DNA of 64,000 nt from an uncultured Actinomycetota bacterium (lineage in GTDB: Bacteria > Actinomycetota > Actinomycetes > Propionibacteriales > Nocardioidaceae). The translations under genes were made by a program, and so were the position numbers. The stretch covers positions 88,145 through 152,144 of the forward strand of contig CAVVHI010000006.1 in NCBI GenBank assembly GCA_963747975.1, given 5' to 3'. Within the stretch, counting starts at the first letter, position 1. Every line of letters starts with the position of its first letter. Shown here piece after piece: positions 57,145-64,000 of this stretch. The notes under the pieces are model-generated. The model was not told the origin of the DNA and did not search any database. It saw only the letters and a program-made list of their open reading frames with translations.

Positions 57145-58032
57145 TCAGAGCTGGGAAAGCCGGGGTACGACGTGGTCGCCGAGTGATCTGACGAAGGCGA
57201 CCGGGTCGCCCTGCATTGGTATCACGTGTACCTCGTCGATGCCGATGTCGGCGAGGGGGCGCATCTCCTCGAGGAACGCGGCTGCTCCGGTGGGTCCGGA
57301 TTCGACCGGGGCGTTGTAGAGCACGGTTCGGCGGATCTCCTCGTACGGCCGGCCCTCTTCTTCGCACCAGTTGCGGAGCACCGCGAGCTTGTGGGCGACC
57401 TGCTCGCGGCGCGCGCCGCGGCCGGCGAAGACGTTGCATGCGTCGGCGTACTTGGCGACCAGGCGAAGCGTCTTCCGCTCACCGCCGCCGCCGACCATGA
57501 CCGGGGGGTGTGGCTTCCGCAGCGGTTGTGGGGAGTTGATCGTCTCGGCGAGCTGGTAGTGCTTGCCGACGAAGGGCCCGACGTCGTCGCTCCACATCTG
57601 GTGCACGATTTGCAGGGTCTCCTCTAGTCGCTCGAACCGTTCCGCGAGCGGCGGGAAGGGGACCCCGAGGCCTCGGTGCTCCCGTTCGCACCAGGCCGCC
57701 CCGATGCCCAGGGCGGCGCGCCCGCCGGAGAGCACGTCGAGCGTCGACACGATCTTGGCGAGCAGGCCGGGGTGGCGGTAGGTCACGCCCGTCATCAGGA
57801 GCTGGAGCTCCACCGACGAGGTGTGCGCCGCGAGGAAGCCGAGCGCGGTGTACCCCTCGAGCATCGGCTCGCTCGCCCCGGCGAAGAAGTCGAGCTGGAA
57901 GTAGTGGTCCATGAACGAGAGGTTGTCGAGCCCGGTCTCGTCGCTTGCCCTCCCCACGGCGGCGATCGTGCGGCCGATCGACGCCGGGCCGTCCGGGAGG
58001 GTGAAGTTCACCAGGTGCACCCCAAGTCTCAT
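57145..58032 (-). CDS. LLM class F420-dependent oxidoreductase
   Basis: MDHYFQ, LEGYTALGFLA, GVTYRHPGLLAK, DVLSGGR, GGGGERKTLRLVAKYAD. Confidence 0.92.
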   Translation of the reverse strand: MRLGVHLVNFTLPDGPASIGRTIAAVGRASDETGLDNLSFMDHYFQLDFFAGASEPMLEGYTALGFLAAHTSSVELQLLMTGVTYRHPGLLAKIVSTLDVLSGGRAALGIGAAWCEREHRGLGVPFPPLAERFERLEETLQIVHQMWSDDVGPFVGKHYQLAETINSPQPLRKPHPPVMVGGGGERKTLRLVAKYADACNVFAGRGARREQVAHKLAVLRNWCEEEGRPYEEIRRTVLYNAPVESGPTGAAAFLEEMRPLADIGIDEVHVIPMQGDPVAFVRSLGDHVVPRLSQL

Positions 58033-58928
58033 GGCTGCTCCTTCGCGGCTGAAGGTCGGTTCCGGTCCGGCGCCACTCCCACGAGAGCGGCGCTGACCGC
58101 CCAGAGCCTGCCGGCCAGTTCGAGGTCGTAGCTGGACTTCGACGAACGCTTCGGGCGCCGGTTGGCGAAGTAGGCGCCGGTGACACCCGCGACCTCCGGC
58201 GAGGAGGCCAGGTGGACAACCGTGCTCGCACCTCGCTCGGGAGTCTTCATGACAGGCCGGACCACGGGAAGCATCAACCGCATCCAGCGGCCGCTGTCCT
58301 CCTGCCCGAATGCGGTCCGCGTCACGCCCGGATGAAGCACCGTCGCGGTCACGCCGGTGCCCTCGAGCCGGCGGGCCAGCTCGTAGGTGAACAGCACGTT
58401 GGCGAGCTTGGACTGGTTGTAGGCGCGCTGGCCGTTGTAGGAGCGTTCGCCCTGGAGGTCGTCGAGGTCGATCCGGCCCATCGCCTGCGCGCCGGAGGAC
58501 ACGGTCACGACTCTGGCCGGGGCGCTGGCCACCAACAGGTCCCGGAGCTCGTGGGTGAGCAGGAACGGCGCGAGGTGGTTGAGCGCGAAGGTGTGCTCAA
58601 GGCCGTCCGCAGTCACGTGACGGTGGGCCCAGTAGCCGCCGACGTTGTTCACGAGCACGTCGAGGCGCGGATAGACCTGCCGCACCTCGGCGGCGAGGCG
58701 TCGCACCTCGGCCTGCGAGGACAGGTCGGCCTCGAACACATCCACCTGTGCCGACGGCACTGTCCGCCGTACGGTGTCCGCGGCCGCGGCCCCTCGGGCG
58801 GCGGAGCGGCCCACCACGCCGACCCGGGCGCCGAGCCCGGCGAGGCCGGTGGCCGTGGCCAGCCCGATCCCACCGGTACCTCCCGTGATCAGCACGTTCT
58901 TGCCGTGCATGGGGCCGGGTCCGGTCAT
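58029..58928 (-). CDS. SDR oxidoreductase (retinol dehydrogenase-like)
   Basis: TGGTGGIG, NNVG, NHLAPFLLT, YNQSKLAN, HPG.T.T. Confidence 0.9.
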   Translation of the reverse strand: MTGPGPMHGKNVLITGGTGGIGLATATGLAGLGARVGVVGRSAARGAAAADTVRRTVPSAQVDVFEADLSSQAEVRRLAAEVRQVYPRLDVLVNNVGGYWAHRHVTADGLEHTFALNHLAPFLLTHELRDLLVASAPARVVTVSSGAQAMGRIDLDDLQGERSYNGQRAYNQSKLANVLFTYELARRLEGTGVTATVLHPGVTRTAFGQEDSGRWMRLMLPVVRPVMKTPERGASTVVHLASSPEVAGVTGAYFANRRPKRSSKSSYDLELAGRLWAVSAALVGVAPDRNRPSAAKEQP

Positions 58929-58929
58929 C

Positions 58930-59607
58930 TCAGCGCACGACCTTGAAGTTGAAGGCGCCGGTGCCGAGCGCACCCATGAGACGCAGCCAGACCGGGAGGA
59001 TCATCTCGGTGCCGCGAGCGGTCTCGAGCGGACCGAGGTCGATCACGTCGTCGTGGCCGAAGGACTCCAACAGCTCCACCACGGTGGCCTTGGCCCCGGC
59101 GTCGTCGCCGGAGACGAAGATCGTGCTGGCCTCACCGAGCGACTTCGGGTCGACCATCAGCGACGCGGTGAGGGTGTTCAGGGTCTTGACGACCTTCGCC
59201 TCGGGGAACGCGCGCTGGACCTTCTCACCCAACGAGTCGGTGTCCTTGACGAACAGGGTGGGCGGGAAGCCGTGGGAGAAGTCGAGCGGGTTGGAGATGT
59301 CGACGAGAACCTTGGCCGCGAGGTTCTCCGCGCGGGCGAGGCCGAGCACGTCGAGAGTCGCGGCCCCGGACGTCGCGTTGACCACGAGCTCGGCCCGTGC
59401 GGCCGCGTCGGAGAAAGTGGCGAGCTCGACGCCGGGGTGGTCGTCGTACCACACAGAGAAGGGCGGGTTGCCCATTTCGTCGGGCTCGGTCCGGGCCAGA
59501 GTGGCCTCCGGGGCGCGGGTGCCGACGACGACAGAGTGGCCGAGCTCGTGCAGGCGGCCGGCGATCGCCTGGCCGACCATGCCGGTACCGAGGACAGCGA
59601 TATTCAT
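58930..59607 (-). CDS. NADPH-dependent F420 reductase-like oxidoreductase
   Basis: VLGTGMVG, VDISNPLDF, VVKTLNT, SGDD..AK, IDLG.L..ARG.E. Confidence 0.88.
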   Translation of the reverse strand: MNIAVLGTGMVGQAIAGRLHELGHSVVVGTRAPEATLARTEPDEMGNPPFSVWYDDHPGVELATFSDAAARAELVVNATSGAATLDVLGLARAENLAAKVLVDISNPLDFSHGFPPTLFVKDTDSLGEKVQRAFPEAKVVKTLNTLTASLMVDPKSLGEASTIFVSGDDAGAKATVVELLESFGHDDVIDLGPLETARGTEMILPVWLRLMGALGTGAFNFKVVR

Positions 59608-59632
59608 GACGGGTCCTTCGCGGGAGAGGGGT

Positions 59633-59683
59633 AGACAGGTTTGTCTGTCGGCTTGGTTTGGACGCTAACAGACAGGTCTGTCT
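59633..59683. promoter_or_regulatory. Two palindromic TetR-type operators
   Basis: AGACAG-GT-TTGTCT 59633-46 and AGACAG-GT-CTGTCT 59670-83; TATCAT -10-like box 59683-88. Confidence 0.75.
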
Positions 59684-59694
59684 ATCATCAAGGG

Positions 59695-60267
59695 GTGACC
59701 CCGACTTCTGCGCGCGAGCGCATCCTCGACACCGCGTTCCGGCTCTTCTACGCCCGTGGCATCAGGGCGGTCGGGGTGGACCTGATCATCGCCGAGTCGG
59801 GCGTCGCGAAGGCCACCTTCTACAAGCACTTCCCGGCCAAGGACGAGCTGGCGCTCGCCTACCTCGACAGGGTGGACGGCATCTGGACAGCGCAGCTCAA
59901 GACGGCCGCCGAGGCCGCTGGGCCCGCGCCCGCCGCCCAGCTCGTCGGTATGTTCGACGCGCTCAGCACGGCCTGCCGGCGTGACGGCTACCGGGGCTGT
60001 GCGTTCATCAACGCGGCGGCGGAGGCGGCGCCGGGCACCCCGGTCCACGACCGGACGGTGGCGCACAAGCAGACCGTCCTTGCCTGGGTTCGCGACCTGG
60101 CGACCCAGGCGGGCGCTGTCGACCCTGGCTCCCTGGCCCGCTCGCTGACCCTGCTCCTCGATGGCGGACTCGCTGACGGCGCACTTGGCGCGGACCCAGA
60201 GGCCCCGGCCGCGGCGAAGGAGGCAGCCGGTCTGCTCGTCGCCGCAGGCCTCGCGCGAGCCGCTTGA
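59695..60267 (+). CDS. TetR/AcrR family regulator
   Basis: ARERILDTAFRLFY..GIRAVGVD.II..SGVAKATFYKHF..KDEL; GCAFIN. Confidence 0.93.
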   Translation: MTPTSARERILDTAFRLFYARGIRAVGVDLIIAESGVAKATFYKHFPAKDELALAYLDRVDGIWTAQLKTAAEAAGPAPAAQLVGMFDALSTACRRDGYRGCAFINAAAEAAPGTPVHDRTVAHKQTVLAWVRDLATQAGAVDPGSLARSLTLLLDGGLADGALGADPEAPAAAKEAAGLLVAAGLARAA

Positions 60268-60467
60268 ATCATCCTCGGAACCCGGCGCCTTCAGCTGATG
60301 CAACGGGCTCGTGAGGATCCCGCAGCACGGCACGACCTCCGTCGCCGGGAACCCCCGACGACGGAGAGCCTCAATGTCACTCACGGGCAGCGCGAACTCC
60401 GACCCGCGTCATTGCGCCGCGTGTCGGCGCGCCCACCGGGGCGTGGGAGCCGGCCCGGCGGGCGTCG

Positions 60468-60833
60468 TCAGTCGGATTCGTTGTGGATAGTCGTTGAGGC
60501 TTCCTCGAAGAGGAGCGTCAGAGATGACCTCCACGCGGGCAGGTCACGCGAGAGGGTCAGCCAGGTCAGCTCTCGGTCGATCTCGTCGTACTGGTGGATG
60601 ATGAAGCTGCGGTTGGCGACAGCGAGTGCCCACTCGACGCCATCGGGTGCGAGCACCCCGAGCCGGGATAGCCGGTTGGCGGCCTCCCCCAGTTTCATCA
60701 TCAGCGAGTCGCCGGCCTCTTGAAGCAGGTCGTCGGCAAGGTAAGCCTCGTCGCCACGCCGGATGATCTCGTCGACACGCTCGAGCCAGCCTTGGATGTG
60801 CAGCAGTTCCTTGGCGGCCTTGCGATTCATCAC
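60468..60833 (-). CDS. HEPN (HepT/DUF86) ribonuclease toxin
   Basis: MMKLGEA, RSFIIH (RX4H) followed by QY, D..L.W. Confidence 0.88.
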   Translation of the reverse strand: MMNRKAAKELLHIQGWLERVDEIIRRGDEAYLADDLLQEAGDSLMMKLGEAANRLSRLGVLAPDGVEWALAVANRSFIIHQYDEIDRELTWLTLSRDLPAWRSSLTLLFEEASTTIHNESD

Positions 60834-61303
60834 AGCGGCGCCGCCTCGTGGCGGATGTCGTCATCGAGTCTCGCCTTCAGGCCGCCGTAGGACACGAGGT
60901 CGATCTCGCGTCCAAGGACCTGCTCGATGAGCTGCTTGAAGGCGACGAAGCCGAACGACGACGTGCCTTCGGGTGCTTCTACCAGTAGGTCAATGTCGGA
61001 GTCCTCTCGCGCTTGATGACGCCCGACGGAGCCGAACACCGCGAGGCGGGAGTAGCCATGGTCCTCGGCCAGCGCCTTCAGAATCGGCGCAGCAGCTTCC
61101 ACGAGGACTTCCGGGTGGACCTCATCGAGCACAGGAGCGGACTTGAGTTGCTGACTGATGGCTGGCTGGGTGATGCCCAACGCCTCAGCGATCTTGCGCT
61201 GGCTCATGCCGGTGGCCACCATCGCTCGAAGCGCCAGAAGGCGACGTAGCCTCGCGAGCTCCTCGTCGTGCCTGGCAGCGCGGTACGCATCCGGCAGGGA
61301 CAT
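60830..61303 (-). CDS. HTH-fused minimal nucleotidyltransferase (MntA-like) antitoxin
   Basis: MSQRKIAEALGITQPAISQQL HTH; FGSVGRHQAREDSDIDL (GSX10DXD); IDLVS. Confidence 0.88.
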   Translation of the reverse strand: MSLPDAYRAARHDEELARLRRLLALRAMVATGMSQRKIAEALGITQPAISQQLKSAPVLDEVHPEVLVEAAAPILKALAEDHGYSRLAVFGSVGRHQAREDSDIDLLVEAPEGTSSFGFVAFKQLIEQVLGREIDLVSYGGLKARLDDDIRHEAAPL

Positions 61304-61395
61304 AAGACCATCTTATCAGCGGTCGGCGGACTGGTCCGGAAGTCACCGGTGGCAGCGGCCTGGGGGCCGCCCCGATCTTGTGGCTGCGCAATACT

Positions 61396-61414
61396 TGGGG
61401 AATAAGTGGGGAAT
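61396..61414 (+). repeat. TGGGGAAT direct repeat, 11-bp period
   Basis: tggggaat-aag-tggggaat. Confidence 0.5.
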
Positions 61415-61527
61415 GGGCGCAGCACGTCGGCGCCCCCGTACACGCCCCGAACTGCGTTTACGCAGGTGAGACGGCAACCTCCCACGACTCGACGCTGCGA
61501 CAACCTGCGGAATGGTTCGAAACGCGA

Positions 61528-61563
61528 ACCGCCCCTGAGCTACGTTTTCGCGTCAGGGGCGGT
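61528..61563. terminator. 11-bp hairpin beside the tRNA fragment
   Basis: accgcccctga / tcaggggcggt. Confidence 0.6.
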
Positions 61564-61570
61564 CCGGAAA

Positions 61571-61605
61571 GTCGGGCTGACAGGTTTTGAACCTGCGACC
61601 CCTTG
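61571..61605 (-). other. 3' fragment of tRNA-Pro (att-site remnant)
   Basis: Minus strand CAAGGGGTCGCAGGTTCAAAACCTGTCAGCCCGAC = T-arm and acceptor 3' strand of actinobacterial tRNA-Pro(GGG); no anticodon arm, D-arm or CCA. Confidence 0.75.
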
Positions 61606-61759
61606 TCCATCGACAGGGGCAGCGACAGATCTGTCGCCCTTTGCGAAAGCGTGCGCTGACCTGCGCAAACATCTCCACGCGGCTTCTCGGCTCTTGCTCG
61701 ACCGTGACCTCGTGAGCGGCCTCGTGACTGGTGGCCTGACCCCGGGGGCAGCAGCGAAG

Positions 61760-62173
61760 CTATTCCGCGGGCTCGCCTGCCCCGCTGGCGTGCTCGCTCG
61801 TCAACGCGGCGATAAAGGCGGCGACCAGCGCGTCCTGCTGCTTCTTGTCGGCCGGTACGGTGATGCTCTTACCTCCGATCGTCATCTGCAGCGGAGGGGT
61901 CGAAGGGGACCGGCGGGCCAGCCAGTTGCGCACCACCTCTACGACCTTCACGGCCGCCTGTACTGCCGGGGTAACGCCGACAACCAGAGCCCCGATGGCC
62001 GCTACGTCCAGCCCTCTGGAGCCCTCGGGCGCCGGACCGGAGGACGCCTGTTCGACACGCTCCACCTCGTCGATCTGCAGAATCTCGGCTCGAAGGTCCC
62101 TCGTGAGCGCGTCGATCTCCACCAGATCCGCCTCCGGACCACCCAGGAACTCCACCAGGATTTCCTCACCCAT
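61760..62173 (-). CDS. EACC1-like small membrane-associated protein
   Basis: D..EIDALTRDLRAEILQ.D.E.V..SGPAPEGSRGLDVAAIGALVV..VVRNWL.R..TIGG..I. Confidence 0.72.
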   Translation of the reverse strand: MGEEILVEFLGGPEADLVEIDALTRDLRAEILQIDEVERVEQASSGPAPEGSRGLDVAAIGALVVGVTPAVQAAVKVVEVVRNWLARRSPSTPPLQMTIGGKSITVPADKKQQDALVAAFIAALTSEHASGAGEPAE

Positions 62174-62323
62174 GCGGTACTCCTCCCGTTGCGACCGAGG
62201 CTACTCATCCTGGCAGCCTGAGGGCGGAGTTGTCGCGCGCCGACGCCAGCCGGCCAGTCAGGGTCAACGCGGTCTCCGGCGTACGTCACTGCCGCCGGCC
62301 CTCCACCTGCGGTCCGACTGGAC

Positions 62324-63601
62324 TCATTCTGACTCGCGAGTGAGGACCCCGTCATACGGCGCCTCCGGCGGGTCGGCTGACGGGTCGGGGGTGATCTCGA
62401 GATGCAACCTGTCGTCCCCTCTGAGCCTCACCGTGGCAGTTCCCGACGTGCATCGGGGTTCCCTTGCCTCGAACTGCATCCTCATCGTCGTCTCGCTGCC
62501 TCCGGTCAAGAGGAGCGTGCCGTCGGCGCACCCGGTCTCACCAGCGGAGATCTGCGCGCTGATGGCACCCGGCACGAACGTCACCCTCCAGACCAGGTCC
62601 ACGCCCTCGCTCGGCATGTGCGCGGGGCCGGTCCACTTGCCCGCGAAAGCCGATGGGATCGCGGCGATGCCCTGGGGGCTCTCCTGCCACGGCTGCCACC
62701 AGATGAGCCAGATCAACGCAAGCGCGGTCACCGCCGTCGCGATGGCAATAACCCGCGGCGGCCGACCCGAGCCGGCACGCAGAAGCGCCCGCGGAGCAGC
62801 CGCGGGCGGAGCCTCTGCGGGCGGAGCCGCTGCGGCCGGCACCGGCCCGGTCAACGCCTGTTTACTGCTCCGAGCCAAGTGCAGGTCGCCGCGCACGTCG
62901 AAGGTCCACTTGCCGGGGGTCTGATGCGGGGTTGCCTCGCGGACGGCGTCGTACACGTAGTCGTAAAGCTCGTCCAGCCCGATCCAGCCGTCCTGGTTCC
63001 GGTCCGCGTCGCCGGTCCGGAGACCCCGCACCATGGCGGTGGTGAACACCGACGGCTGTGCGGAACCGGACAGATGCTCGCCGTCGAAGGCGTACTCAAG
63101 CGCCCCCGACGCAGTGAGCACCGCCCGCCCGTGCCCACTGAACCGGTCTCCGACGTCGACTTCACTCCCAGCGCGCGTGGCCATCCCGCGGTCGAATGCG
63201 CCAGCGTAGCAACAATCAAGAAACAGCACGATCCGCCGCGACCGGCTCAACGTCATCTGCCGATTCACGAAGTTCGCCGGAACCGATGTGGCGCCCAGGA
63301 GCCGGAGCTTGGTGTTCGTTCCGGCGAAGTGCAGCTCACCGGACTGGTTCTTGATCCCGTGCCCGGAGATGTGAACCACCAGCAGGTCATCCGGCTTTCG
63401 GTCGGAGAAGAACTCCTCTAGAACCTCGGCAATCAGGTGCGCGGGTTGGTTCAGCACCGTGCGTACGTCGAACCCGCCGATCTCTGGGTCACCGAGCACC
63501 GCAGCGAGTGCCTCGGCATCCGCAGAGGGACCGCGCAGCGCGCTCAGCCCAGGATCGTCGTAGGTGTCGGTGGCGACGATCAGCAAACTACGCTTGCCCA
63601 T
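62324..63601 (-). CDS. Caspase-like peptidase C14 (EACC1-associated type) with TM helix and C-terminal extracytoplasmic domain
   Basis: LIVATDTY.DPGL..L..P..DA; HISGHG (His); LDCCYAGAF (Cys); PSVFT.A.V.GL.TG.AD...DG; TM IAIATAVTALALIWLIWW. Confidence 0.88.
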   Translation of the reverse strand: MGKRSLLIVATDTYDDPGLSALRGPSADAEALAAVLGDPEIGGFDVRTVLNQPAHLIAEVLEEFFSDRKPDDLLVVHISGHGIKNQSGELHFAGTNTKLRLLGATSVPANFVNRQMTLSRSRRIVLFLDCCYAGAFDRGMATRAGSEVDVGDRFSGHGRAVLTASGALEYAFDGEHLSGSAQPSVFTTAMVRGLRTGDADRNQDGWIGLDELYDYVYDAVREATPHQTPGKWTFDVRGDLHLARSSKQALTGPVPAAAAPPAEAPPAAAPRALLRAGSGRPPRVIAIATAVTALALIWLIWWQPWQESPQGIAAIPSAFAGKWTGPAHMPSEGVDLVWRVTFVPGAISAQISAGETGCADGTLLLTGGSETTMRMQFEAREPRCTSGTATVRLRGDDRLHLEITPDPSADPPEAPYDGVLTRESE

Positions 63602-64000
63602 GACCTCGTTGTACGCCTGGTCGGTCCGGGGGGGAAGCGCTCTACCGCCGACCAACTCACGGGGAGTCGTGGGTGTCTTGGTGGAGTCGCCAACCAGCAG
63701 TCGCAGAGGTTGGCGTCCTGTCCGTCATAGTCGCGGAGGACCATGCGGCAGCGACCGCGCCGCTTCTCGTATTCGACGTCGAGACCTAGAGCAGCAGCGT
63801 CAGCATGGTGATGTGGCCAACGAGCCAAGGCTGGCTTCCCGCCACACGGCGCGGATTCGGGGGCTGCTCAGCGAGTGCCTGAACCAGAGCGTTGAGAGCG
63901 CGTCATACCGCCAATGAGTCACGTCGCCGGCGTGTCAACTGGCGGCACGGGGTCCGGAGTCGGCCCTCCGAACGGCCGTGCGGGCCGATCCCGTGAGATT

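Noticed and set aside
61760-62173. Gasdermin as the caspase partner
   Set aside because: At 137 aa it is too short and lacks gasdermin-like features; the pattern fits EACC1-like proteins better.
1-64000. CRISPR array, rRNA or complete tRNA
   Set aside because: No repeat-spacer periodicity or rRNA-like sequence seen; the only tRNA-like piece lacks D and anticodon arms.
63610-64000. ORFs at the window end (63580..63828, 63564..63917)
   Set aside because: No motif, RBS or codon-style support; possibly decayed island DNA.

Overview
High-GC actinobacterial chromosome segment; gene content and order suggest a Nocardioides/Marmoricola-like organism (inference). Bases 1-48 kb are mostly conserved housekeeping genes: CitE-like lyase, mgtE-N/DUF1003/mrp/tatB, sigE-anti-sigma-htrA, leucyl aminopeptidase, paaX, dapE/dapD/dapC-fdxA, vanW, mshB, a helicase, cstA and the ehuBCDA ectoine transporter. 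From about 48.7 kb to the end is an accessory patchwork: tandem sulfotransferases, phage/integrative-element relics, ParE-type and MNT-HEPN toxin-antitoxin pairs, an F420-linked TetR operon, a tRNA-Pro 3' att fragment and a caspase-like protease/EACC1-like pair. Top observations: (1) an apparently complete IS110-family (IS1111-like) element at about 53702-55317. It has 15-bp subterminal inverted repeats and GATG cores, and its ~490-nt 3' non-coding region carries segments matching its own target and end sequences, consistent with a bridge/seekRNA. It sits in a TGACCTGC motif. (2) A small Hfq/Sm-like ORF at 21176-21451, in a phylum generally regarded as lacking Hfq. (3) A membrane-anchored caspase-like protease with an EACC1-like partner at a tRNA-Pro island edge. 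Several single-base frameshifts in core genes suggest assembly errors. All calls are by-eye motif recognition; no database searches were run.
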